A stretch of 64,000 nt of DNA from a virus: IMG/VR virus record IMGVR_UViG_3300035670_000163, positions 6,385-70,384 of that record; one strand, 5' to 3'. The first letter of the stretch is position 1. Each line of letters begins with the position of its first letter. Below the pieces are notes generated by a model that searched no databases, was not told where the DNA came from, and saw nothing but the letters and a program-made list of their open reading frames with translations. The position numbers were made by a program, and so were the translations under genes. Of this stretch, positions 1 through 8,172 are shown in pieces.

Positions 1-324
1 AATGATAGATGCAGTATATTTGTTTAAGTCTTCATCGCTCTCCAAATATGTAGACAATTCGGATTTGATGATATATGGAAATGGTTCCCATCCTCTTTTC
101 TTCAACTCATCATCATCTAACTTACCAGTGTAGTATTCCCACTTTAACTTTTTCATTTTGTTATACTTGAACTCAGCATCTTTAATGAGTAAGCGATGCT
201 TAGAAAGTATCTGCAAATACTTGCTGTGTAATTTGGGTATGTCAATTAATGCTTTGCCTGGCTCGGTGCGATCAATCTCAGCATCTTTAGCCCACATAGC
301 AAGTAATTCTTCAAGTTTTTCCAT
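1..324 (-). CDS. uvsY: UvsY recombination mediator (runs off window start)
   Basis: Manual translation from ATG at 324: MEKLEELLAMWAKDAEIDRTEPGKALIDIPKLHSKYL...KWEYYTGK; typical UvsY motifs; AAGGAG SD; adjacent to gp3 as in other aquatic T4-like phages. Not in ORF track. Confidence 0.9.
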   Translation of the reverse strand, partial: MEKLEELLAMWAKDAEIDRTEPGKALIDIPKLHSKYLQILSKHRLLIKDAEFKYNKMKKLKWEYYTGKLDDDELKKRGWEPFPYIIKSELSTYLESDEDLNKYTASII

Positions 325-346
325 ATTAAAATATCTCCTTACGGAG

Positions 347-375
347 AGTATAACATAATTAAATTAAAGTTTCAA
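347..375 (-). promoter_or_regulatory. Sigma70-type promoter for uvsY
   Basis: Minus strand TTGAAA (375-370), 17 nt spacer, TATACT (352-347), with extended -10 TG (TGTTATACT). Confidence 0.7.
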
Positions 376-898
376 CATCAAAATAGGCAAATCTGAATGT
401 GGCATCGGCAGTAATGATGCTATCTGGAGTATCTGCCGTAGATACTACAAATGTACTGAGTGAGGTTGGGAACAGATCATAAAATTTAAATTTTATGTAT
501 GGTGTATTTGAAGATGATAAAAGAGTAACTTCACCGTCAGAAAACTGCGGCATCTTTGCGTTAGCATATCTGGTATAATTATTTAAGTTATTTAGATTCG
601 CATATTCTTCAAAGTTTTCTGGGAAAGTCATCGCACGAATCCAATCGTGTATTTCAATCCAAGCTTTAAGTTCTTCGTCTACCAAAAATGTAATGTTCAT
701 CACATCATAGATTGCTTTCTCACCAGGAGAATACAGGTCTACAAATGGATTGTTTCTTGGTATCTCAGACAATGAAATGCCAGGTACAGATAAAGATTGG
801 CAAAAATATTGTAGATTTGGTACCCTAGAAAATTTCAGTTGAAACTTATTAGGGTGTAAGAAATTTGGATTAGATGGATTTCTTGTAAGTGCTGTCAT
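359..898 (-). CDS. gp3: Tail completion / tube terminator protein (gp3-like)
   Basis: NFLHPNKFQL..YFCQSLSVPGISL..FLVDEEL..F.DLFPTSLS tube-fold motifs; position between gp23 and uvsY. Confidence 0.8.
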   Translation of the reverse strand: MTALTRNPSNPNFLHPNKFQLKFSRVPNLQYFCQSLSVPGISLSEIPRNNPFVDLYSPGEKAIYDVMNITFLVDEELKAWIEIHDWIRAMTFPENFEEYANLNNLNNYTRYANAKMPQFSDGEVTLLSSSNTPYIKFKFYDLFPTSLSTFVVSTADTPDSIITADATFRFAYFDVETLI

Positions 899-905
899 AG
901 TTAGG

Positions 906-912
906 TATTTAG
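906..912 (-). promoter_or_regulatory. Late promoter-like CTAAATA upstream of gp3
   Basis: Minus strand CTAAATA-CCTAACT-ATG directly after the gp23 terminator; variant of the T4 gp55 TATAAATA box. Confidence 0.6.
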
Positions 913-916
913 GCGT

Positions 917-946
917 AAAAAAAGACCCACCTTTCGGTGGGTCTTT
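917..946 (-). terminator. Rho-independent terminator after gp23
   Basis: Minus strand AAAGACCCACC-GAAA-GGTGGGTCTTT running into a T7 tract. Confidence 0.9.
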
Positions 947-992
947 AAGGTTAGTCTCTTATTATTATAATTATTGTCGAGACTTTTTAAGA

Positions 993-2324
993 TTACATCA
1001 GGTTAGCAATCTTGAATGCACGATAGTACAGGTTGGTCTTGGCGTTAATAACACCCAGGCCTTGGGTAGTACCTTCGGCAAACGGATTAGCAACCAGGCC
1101 GTAACGTGTTTTGAAACCAATCTTCGGTTGGAAGTTGTTGGTGTCAACGGCACGGACCATTTGCAGCGGAACGTATGGGCAGTAGAACAGACCAGCGTCA
1201 TAGGCATTGGTACCCTTATAACCCATAACAGCAAACTCAGCGGTCGAGTTAGCAGAGAAATAAGGATCAATGTAAACCTTGATGCGACCAAACAGTGTAC
1301 CAGCAAATGTATTGCCAGTATCATCAACTGTCAGGTTAACTTGGCTATTCAGAGCCGATTGGTAGTCAAGCAGACCAGCCATGGCCAGAGCAGAAGCAAC
1401 GTCAGACGAACAAATCATGACGTTACCTTTGCCACGACGGGTTGTCTTGGCGATAACGTTAGCTTCACGCTCGAGTTGGAAAGCCAGACCCTTGATCTTC
1501 TCAACCATCCAGCGACCGTTGGAGTCGGTGTCAAGGTCAAAAGTACCAGCAGTCGTTGTACCAACTTGGGCACCAACTTTAGCAGAAGTATAGATTGTGC
1601 GGATAACTTCACGGTTGATCTCAGCCAGGATTTCTGTCGAGAGGATGTTAGCCAGTTCTGTTTCGGCATCCAGACCATGAACAGCTTTCAGGTCTTGAGC
1701 GAGTTCCATCGAGTACTCAGCTTTCAGAGCACGGGACTTAGCAGTAACGGAAACTTTCTCAATCGAGAAGGCCATTTCGTTGAAGGTCAGGTCTTCGGCA
1801 ACAGAGGTAGCCATAGCGGTACCAGTTGTCATGACCGAGGTGTTGAATACGTCACCACCAGAAGTGTCACCTTCCAGAGTGATAGCGCCTTGAGCAGCTT
1901 TAGTACCGGAGAAGCCTGTGTTAGCCTCATTGTAGAAGGCCTCAACAGCACCAGCGGTAACGTTTTGAGCAGCGTAGGTCGAACGCATTGCGAAGATCAG
2001 GCCTGTAGGACCAGTCATTGGCTGAACGCCACACAGATCATAAGCGATCAGGTTTGGCAACGAACGACGGACCAAAGAGATCAGGATTGGGTCGAAACCG
2101 GCAACTGGACCGCCAGCAGCAGAACCACCCGAATAACCTGTACCACCCAGCGAGTTCAGCGGAGCTGTCTCTTGCAGAACACCAGCAGCCTTTTGCATTT
2201 CTTGAGCTTGGTTCTCAAGAATAACGGCTGTAACGGCCTTACGATATGGATCTTTAATGGCTGGCAGGTCTGGATGGTCCAGAACGCCTTCCCATTTCTT
2301 TTGTAAATTTTCGGACAAATACAT
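993..2324 (-). CDS. gp23: Major capsid protein
   Basis: KWEGVLDH, LVRRSLPNLIAYD, GVQPMTGPTGLIFAMR, YCPYVPLQ, FQPKIGFKTRYG; probable maturation site LQE|TAP. Confidence 0.98.
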   Translation of the reverse strand: MYLSENLQKKWEGVLDHPDLPAIKDPYRKAVTAVILENQAQEMQKAAGVLQETAPLNSLGGTGYSGGSAAGGPVAGFDPILISLVRRSLPNLIAYDLCGVQPMTGPTGLIFAMRSTYAAQNVTAGAVEAFYNEANTGFSGTKAAQGAITLEGDTSGGDVFNTSVMTTGTAMATSVAEDLTFNEMAFSIEKVSVTAKSRALKAEYSMELAQDLKAVHGLDAETELANILSTEILAEINREVIRTIYTSAKVGAQVGTTTAGTFDLDTDSNGRWMVEKIKGLAFQLEREANVIAKTTRRGKGNVMICSSDVASALAMAGLLDYQSALNSQVNLTVDDTGNTFAGTLFGRIKVYIDPYFSANSTAEFAVMGYKGTNAYDAGLFYCPYVPLQMVRAVDTNNFQPKIGFKTRYGLVANPFAEGTTQGLGVINAKTNLYYRAFKIANLM

Positions 2325-2341
2325 TTAAATCTCCTTAGTGT

Positions 2342-3379
2342 TTAAATTTTTGTTTTGGAAATTGCTTGAGAAACGGCGGCAACAAATGGATCAAGAGATT
2401 TCTTTGTTTCTTCGGCAGCTTCTTCAATTGTTTCGTGCAGTTGGGTCTCATCAGCTTTCTTTACGCCAGATGGGAAGTAATTCTCACGAATGGTTTCCAG
2501 TTTTGTCTTGTACTCTTCCTCTGTGGAAAACTCAACACTCTCTGCGAGCGACTTGATTTTTTCAAACTGGGTTTCGGTGAGGCCTTCGCAAACGGCTCTA
2601 GTAACTTCAGTCTTAACGGACTCAACAAGAGCTTTCTTGTACTCAATGCTGCGCTCAATCTCTTCGTTGAGTTTGCTTTCGAGTTCTTCAACTTTACCAG
2701 CAAGTTCGTCAACGAGGTCAACCTTTTCTGTTGGAACATCAATGTAATGTTCGGCAAACAGATTACGCAGACCAGCAATGAATTCTTCAGTGATTTCAGC
2801 ACGTAAAGCACTTTCAATCGCAATTTCATTTTCTTGCAACCACTGCTCAACAACATAGTTGAGGTAGTCATCAATCTTGTTCGTCAAATCTTCTTTGATA
2901 GAAGTGACGGCTTCTTCGAGTTGCTCGGCATATTGGGCTTCAATTTGCTCTTCAATTTGAGCAACACGATCCATTACACGAGCTTCAAAAATTGTTGCAA
3001 CTTTAGACTTGAATTCCTCAGAGATTGTGGAATCATCGGCAAAAAGAGCATTGATATCTTCAGACAAGTCCATACCTTCTTCGGCTTGTTCTTCAGCAAT
3101 GATCTCTTCAGCTTCAACTTCCGACTCTTCTTTCTTCATCTTCAGTTGTGTATCTGGCGATGCAGCAGAAGGTTTGGTTGTTGGCGCAGAAGCACTTTTT
3201 GCACCTTTAGTTGCGTCAATTTTATGCGAATCGTCATCCGGCTTCGCATTTTGTGGGGTTGGGCCACCGAGGTCTTGAGCCTCAGTACCAGGTAATTTTT
3301 CTGGTGGCATAGCTGGAGCCTTGCTCTTACCGCCTGCAAGAATGTCAGCAGCTGCTTCCATTAGTTTATTTGTTGCCAT
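2342..3379 (-). CDS. gp22: Prohead core scaffold protein
   Basis: Acidic coiled coil, SEEFKSKVATIFEA, YLNYVVEQW, KLETIRENYF; between gp21 and gp23. Confidence 0.93.
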   Translation of the reverse strand: MATNKLMEAAADILAGGKSKAPAMPPEKLPGTEAQDLGGPTPQNAKPDDDSHKIDATKGAKSASAPTTKPSAASPDTQLKMKKEESEVEAEEIIAEEQAEEGMDLSEDINALFADDSTISEEFKSKVATIFEARVMDRVAQIEEQIEAQYAEQLEEAVTSIKEDLTNKIDDYLNYVVEQWLQENEIAIESALRAEITEEFIAGLRNLFAEHYIDVPTEKVDLVDELAGKVEELESKLNEEIERSIEYKKALVESVKTEVTRAVCEGLTETQFEKIKSLAESVEFSTEEEYKTKLETIRENYFPSGVKKADETQLHETIEEAAEETKKSLDPFVAAVSQAISKTKI

Positions 3380-3401
3380 TAGGAATCTCCTTATGATTTC
3401 T

Positions 3402-3409
3402 TATTTATA
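3402..3409 (-). promoter_or_regulatory. T4-type late promoter TATAAATA upstream of gp22
   Basis: Perfect TATAAATA followed by AAGGAG SD and ATG. Confidence 0.85.
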
Positions 3410-3413
3410 AAAT

Positions 3414-4064
3414 TTAAAGTTTTCGTAGGTAATTTTCAAATAATTTTAGAGCGGCTTCTTCAATTTGGTTCTTGGAAGCCCTCTGAATTGTCTTCTTGGC
3501 TTTATCAAAATCAGCCTCAACGAAGCGTCCTTCAATGAACATCCATTCTTTATTCTCCATGATGCCATTAACAAAAGCACCTGGTGCTGATGGATCAGCC
3601 ACGATGTCAGCCGCTGTAGCCAACTTTAGATCATCTTGAACAAGATTATACCCTTCTTTCGTTTGAATAACTGAACCTAGAGCTCTTGACGAGACACCAA
3701 GATTAACACCATTCTCGATTAAATTTTTTGCAATTTGACCATATGGTGTATCCAAAACGAGAGCTTTACCATAAAATGTATTTCCATCTTCTTTCAAGGA
3801 AACAATTTTGTGAGAAACTCTTTCAAGATTAATTGACGGTGTATCTGGATGACCTAACTCACCCAATGCACGGTTTGTATTGATAAACTCTTCTGTATAT
3901 CTCTCAACTTCATTTCTAAGAGTTTCCATTTTGTACATACGATTGTTACGATTAACAGCATCGCCAACCAAAAATGTACCTTCGATATATAGATTTTTCT
4001 TACCGTTCTCAGAAGCTTCGGTAAGATATTTGACTTGTTCTACGTGTTCTCTAATTAGTTTCAT
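3414..4064 (-). CDS. gp21: Prohead protease
   Basis: NRNNRMY, RALGELGHP, GVSSRALGS, DIVADPSAPGAF motifs. Confidence 0.97.
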   Translation of the reverse strand: MKLIREHVEQVKYLTEASENGKKNLYIEGTFLVGDAVNRNNRMYKMETLRNEVERYTEEFINTNRALGELGHPDTPSINLERVSHKIVSLKEDGNTFYGKALVLDTPYGQIAKNLIENGVNLGVSSRALGSVIQTKEGYNLVQDDLKLATAADIVADPSAPGAFVNGIMENKEWMFIEGRFVEADFDKAKKTIQRASKNQIEEAALKLFENYLRKL

Positions 4065-4065
4065 T

Positions 4066-4431
4066 TTAGAAGTCCGTTAAAGCTGGTGAATAATTGGCAG
4101 TTTTAGAAACAGATAGAATCAACGTGCCATTAGAACCAGAGTTAGTTACGTAAATATTTGCAGATGATGTATTAGCAACGGTGATATCATATTGTGCTAA
4201 GGGCCAATCTAAACCACCAGGCAAATCAAGAACCAATACTCCAGTATTATCGTTGCCTCTATAAATTGACCAAATGCCATCTGTTGCAGATTGGATGCTT
4301 GTGATAGAAACATTAGAAACAGATTCATCTGCCGAAGCTTCTAGCTGCGCCAAATCAATTCTTGTTCCACCTGTTCCAACAATCTTGATAACAGATTTGG
4401 ATCTTTTGTTGTTTACAATTTCGTATGCCAT
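4066..4431 (-). CDS. Hypothetical beta-rich protein in head operon
   Basis: 121-aa ORF tightly packed between gp68-like and gp21. Confidence 0.7.
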   Translation of the reverse strand: MAYEIVNNKRSKSVIKIVGTGGTRIDLAQLEASADESVSNVSITSIQSATDGIWSIYRGNDNTGVLVLDLPGGLDWPLAQYDITVANTSSANIYVTNSGSNGTLILSVSKTANYSPALTDF

Positions 4432-4851
4432 TTATCTTAGTCCCATTGCTGAACGTCTACGCATTGACATCTTTCTTTTCAATAACGAGCGACGTAGTTT
4501 AGCCCTTCTAGTTGTTTTCCATGACCGCTTTAATAAGCGAGCCTTTTTAATCCTTGCTGTTGCAGGTATTCGCACTACACGATTACCTTTAATTCTATAA
4601 CCTTTAATGCCTGAACGTTTGCGATTCTTCTGAACTACAATACGACCTTTAGCATTTCTTCTAATTCTACGGCGAATCTTTTGTATTCTACCTTGTTTAA
4701 TAATGTTAGGATTACCTTCTTCTAACATATCTTCTACAACATAATTCTTTGCTTCACCTAAAATTCTCGAAGCAATTTCATTCAGTCGAGCAAATAATTC
4801 TTCTTTTGCTTTCTCTAATTGTCCTTCTGCAACCAATTCAACAAATTTCAT
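4432..4851 (-). CDS. Prohead core protein, gp68-like, very basic C-terminus
   Basis: C-terminal RRAKLRRSLLKRKMSMRRRSAMGL resembles the gp68 ending; located between gp20 and gp21. Confidence 0.65.
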   Translation of the reverse strand: MKFVELVAEGQLEKAKEELFARLNEIASRILGEAKNYVVEDMLEEGNPNIIKQGRIQKIRRRIRRNAKGRIVVQKNRKRSGIKGYRIKGNRVVRIPATARIKKARLLKRSWKTTRRAKLRRSLLKRKMSMRRRSAMGLR

Positions 4852-5648
4852 TTCTTTGCTTTACTAAATGCAAAGTCTGCCACCTTAGTAAAGTGTGCAG
4901 GCGATTTGTGAACCATGTCTGCTAACTTTTTTTTGTTCTCATCATTCACAGCTTTATGTACTTGCGTAATTGCCGATGCGGTAAAATGATCTACCTTTCT
5001 TGTTTGGCCATTACCAAATTTAACAGTCTGTGCCTGTTTATTATTTACAATCTTATGTAGTTGATCCATAACACCTTCTACAATTGTCTCTTCTGCTTGA
5101 ATAACAGCATCAGTTTCTTTTTCATTAGAATAAGGAATCATAAAGTTCTTATCTAATGTTTTACTGTAATACAAAGCAACTTTTGTTTTATCTGGAAACA
5201 AACGAATAGCTTTTCTTTTTAAAACAATTGTAAAAGGCGGATCACCTTTCATTACTTCTTCTTTAATATTTTCTTTATCAGAAACATCTGGCGCATCTTG
5301 TGTCATCACAATACGATGAGCTCTTACTTTTTTGCCTGAAGCAGAAACTTTATAATCAGAAGAATCAATTACACCTTCTTCTAATTCTTCCCTTACTGCT
5401 CGGCGAGTTTGCATGAAGATTTGTTTATTATTAGAAAGTAAATCTACCATCTTATTAAAAAGATTTTGAAGAATCATTCTGTCGGCATTATTAAATACTG
5501 GTTTATCTTCTTGCATCTTATCCAAAATTTTATGAATACGATTTAATTGAGCTTTGTTTGCAAGACCAGCACGAACCAACATATCAAACTTTTCGTAGTT
5601 TGACGTTTCTTCTTTAACAGTAGATTTAAATTCGTTTAATAATTTCAT
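4848..5648 (-). CDS. Hypothetical head-operon protein (possible internal/core protein)
   Basis: 266 aa, ATGA-coupled to both neighbours; several [LIV]-x-E sites. Confidence 0.65.
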   Translation of the reverse strand: MKLLNEFKSTVKEETSNYEKFDMLVRAGLANKAQLNRIHKILDKMQEDKPVFNNADRMILQNLFNKMVDLLSNNKQIFMQTRRAVREELEEGVIDSSDYKVSASGKKVRAHRIVMTQDAPDVSDKENIKEEVMKGDPPFTIVLKRKAIRLFPDKTKVALYYSKTLDKNFMIPYSNEKETDAVIQAEETIVEGVMDQLHKIVNNKQAQTVKFGNGQTRKVDHFTASAITQVHKAVNDENKKKLADMVHKSPAHFTKVADFAFSKAKK

Positions 5649-5857
5649 TCTTCTGTTTGTGTTTCTTCTGCCTCAGATTCTACTTCTGTTTCGCCTTCAG
5701 CTTCTGGCTCTTTACCATTAAAAATAGTTGCAGCCATTTCTTGTTTTCTTAAACCAAGAGCTTCTAATGCTCTCTGAGAAATAATATCATTCAGCGTATC
5801 TTTTGCCGCAGCAGATTCGCCTGTACTCACTTGTGTAATAAATGTATCAATATCCAC
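5645..5857 (-). CDS. Small acidic prohead core protein, gp67-like
   Basis: 70 aa, GTG start with AGGAG SD, Glu-rich tail, directly downstream of portal. Confidence 0.65.
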   Translation of the reverse strand: MDIDTFITQVSTGESAAAKDTLNDIISQRALEALGLRKQEMAATIFNGKEPEAEGETEVESEAEETQTEE

Positions 5858-5876
5858 GTTTATCTCCTGTTATCTT

Positions 5877-7550
5877 TTATTTATGCCTAAATTTTAAAAC
5901 ACTTTCAGATAAGGCATAACGAGAAACCTCATCATCTAGTTGTGGTGTCATCGACTCCTGGGTGCCATTCTCTTGTGTGTTGTCTTGAGGGGGATATTCG
6001 GCCGCTGGGGCACCTTGGCCTTGTGCGGCAACAGGCCCTTGAAGTTCGGGTGGGAGGGTTTCTCTTTCATTTTGTAACTCCTTATCCATTTGTTTAATTT
6101 CATCATCTCTCATACGAAGAACATTCTTCTTAATATACTGTTGAGAATAGTATCTGCCAACATATGGATCAATCATTGTTAACAGATTTAATCTTTCTCT
6201 CATCAACTCAACTTCACTTAACTCTGTAAAGTTATTATCTTTACGGTAAGTAAAATAGATATCTTCTTTAAAATCATCCCATTCTTCTTGCGTACAAATA
6301 CCTTTTAATGCTAACTGAATACGTAAAGCATTATCAAAGATTTGTGAAAACTTATTGCGAAGTCTGTCGATGAATCTCATGAACTTAACTTCATCTCTAG
6401 TAACTTCTGTCGAACGACCAACACCAATCAAACCACCACCTTGTGGTTCTAAACGAGAGATTGGCACATTCAGAGATTGCAATAGTTTTTGTTTGAAGTA
6501 TTTAACATCTTCCAGTTCACCAAGATTTTGGCCAGCTGGTAAAGTTGTAATTTCGGTACCTTTACCACCTTCACGGCGTGGTAACCAAAAATCTTCAAGC
6601 ATCGACATGTGTTTACGATCATCACGCAGTTCACCAGTTGTTGCATCATAAACCATCTTGTTGCGATACTTAACCATAATATCACGCAGATATTGTTCTG
6701 CTTTACCTTTTGGTAAGTTACCAACATCAATGTAAAAAATACGGCGTTCTGGTGCTCTCGATAAACGATAAATCACGACAGCATCTTCAATCATTCGCAA
6801 CTGATTGAGTGGCTTAATTGCTTTGTGCAGATACGAAATAACAAATGTATTTTTGGCATCCATCAAGCCAGAGTTTACATTGATAATAGAATCGGTAGTA
6901 ATGCGAACACCAGCATTTACTTGAGCTGTATATGTTTGAGTAGTGGAACCACGATCGTTATAAACATAGTATTCGGCAATAGATTTAATTACCATTGCAC
7001 CAGTTTTTGGATCACGATCTTTTTGAATCTCACGTACTTTACGAATCTTACGTGGATCAATGTAACGTAGTTCAACAATACCGTCTTTTGGATTTTGTGT
7101 GTTTACTAAAACGTGGTAATAAATTCTACCATCAATATACCAACGTTTGAAAAGATCATCTGCGAGATTGTTGAAGTTCAACATCTTAAGCAGCATTGTA
7201 AATTCTTCTTTAATTTTTTTCTTGATTGATTCTGGTTGTTTGAGTTTATCTAAATTAATATCAACAACCGTACCATCGGTATCGTGAGTGATGGCTTCAT
7301 TGACAATTTCATCAATGGCCATTTCTAATTCTGGATGGTTTGCCATCTCACGATAGCGGGTGATGAGTTCTAGTTCATTACGAACAGAACCTTCTAAGTC
7401 AACATATGTGCCGTAATAAGCATTTTGTGTGATGGTAACTGCACCATCATCCATTGCTTCGGTTGGAAGAGCAAAAGAAGACTCCTCAGGTTTTTGCACC
7501 TGAACGATGTCTTTTTTGCCGAGAGTAAATCCGAAAAGTTTTATTGCCAT
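5877..7550 (-). CDS. gp20: Portal vertex protein
   Basis: WYIDGR, SYLHKAIKPLNQLRMIEDAVVIYRLSRAPERRIFYIDVGNLP, EDFWLPRREGGKGTEITTLP. Confidence 0.98.
   Translation of the reverse strand: MAIKLFGFTLGKKDIVQVQKPEESSFALPTEAMDDGAVTITQNAYYGTYVDLEGSVRNELELITRYREMANHPELEMAIDEIVNEAITHDTDGTVVDINLDKLKQPESIKKKIKEEFTMLLKMLNFNNLADDLFKRWYIDGRIYYHVLVNTQNPKDGIVELRYIDPRKIRKVREIQKDRDPKTGAMVIKSIAEYYVYNDRGSTTQTYTAQVNAGVRITTDSIINVNSGLMDAKNTFVISYLHKAIKPLNQLRMIEDAVVIYRLSRAPERRIFYIDVGNLPKGKAEQYLRDIMVKYRNKMVYDATTGELRDDRKHMSMLEDFWLPRREGGKGTEITTLPAGQNLGELEDVKYFKQKLLQSLNVPISRLEPQGGGLIGVGRSTEVTRDEVKFMRFIDRLRNKFSQIFDNALRIQLALKGICTQEEWDDFKEDIYFTYRKDNNFTELSEVELMRERLNLLTMIDPYVGRYYSQQYIKKNVLRMRDDEIKQMDKELQNERETLPPELQGPVAAQGQGAPAAEYPPQDNTQENGTQESMTPQLDDEVSRYALSESVLKFRHK
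5878..5885 (-). promoter_or_regulatory. Late promoter-like CATAAATA overlapping gp20 stop
   Basis: Minus strand CATAAATA...CAGGAGATAAAC-GTG. Confidence 0.6.
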
Positions 7551-7564
7551 TGTAGTTTCATCCT

Positions 7565-7602
7565 AAAAAATAAAAAGAATAGGGGACCATGCCCCTATTC
7601 TT
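7565..7602 (-). terminator. Rho-independent terminator after gp19
   Basis: AAGAATAGGGG-6 nt-CCCCTATTCTT inverted repeat (7575-7602) followed by T-rich tract on minus strand. Confidence 0.85.
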
Positions 7603-8146
7603 ACACCACAGCGTCTTCTACTGATTCCCACCACTGGTAGGAAAGGGTTACAGTAAATTCTTCAATAGCGTCATTCGAACCCCAATCAACTTCAATTGGA
7701 GCTAAGTCTGTTGGGAAAAGACCAACAAACTTATACTTCTTCAGAACATCGCCAGCTTTACCATATTGACGAACTTCTCCGTCAACAGTATAACCTAGTG
7801 GCGACTGAGCGGCTGGTGTACGAACATTCAACGAGTGACTGTTGATGCCGTTCATCCAACGTTCAAATGCATTACGAACAATGAAATCTTCATCATTAAT
7901 TACGTTGATTGTCCAATCTGCAAATGTTCTATTACCAACAAACTTTAATTCACGGCCAAAGTAGTTAACAGGAACGACACCAACTGTCGAACCCGGCAAC
8001 TGAGCACTTCTACACATGAATGTTAGTTTCTGCTGTGCTGTTCCTGGTAATGAGAAAGCAGGAAACGGAAGCGTCACCTCAAATAGATTTGGGCGAGCAC
8101 CGTCTCCTGTCATCTGAGAGCGGAACTGATTTACATTAAATGCCAT
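7601..8146 (-). CDS. gp19: Tail tube protein
   Basis: GARPNLFEV, QLPGST, YFGRELK..G.RTFADW, IEEFTVTL. Confidence 0.96.
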   Translation of the reverse strand: MAFNVNQFRSQMTGDGARPNLFEVTLPFPAFSLPGTAQQKLTFMCRSAQLPGSTVGVVPVNYFGRELKFVGNRTFADWTINVINDEDFIVRNAFERWMNGINSHSLNVRTPAAQSPLGYTVDGEVRQYGKAGDVLKKYKFVGLFPTDLAPIEVDWGSNDAIEEFTVTLSYQWWESVEDAVV

Positions 8147-8165
8147 TTGTTATCTCCTATCTCTC

Positions 8166-8172
8166 TATTTAG
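8166..8172 (-). promoter_or_regulatory. Late promoter-like CTAAATA upstream of gp19
   Basis: CTAAATA overlapping gp18 stop, followed by AGGAG SD. Confidence 0.5.

Noticed and set aside
953-984. Second inverted repeat AGTCTC...GAGACT after gp23
   Set aside because: Only 6 bp with a 20-nt AT-rich loop; function unsupported
1062-2306. 414-aa antisense ORF over gp23, and many other short antisense or alternate-frame ORFs in the track
   Set aside because: Shadow ORFs from biased codon usage and repeats; no SD, promoter or protein motifs
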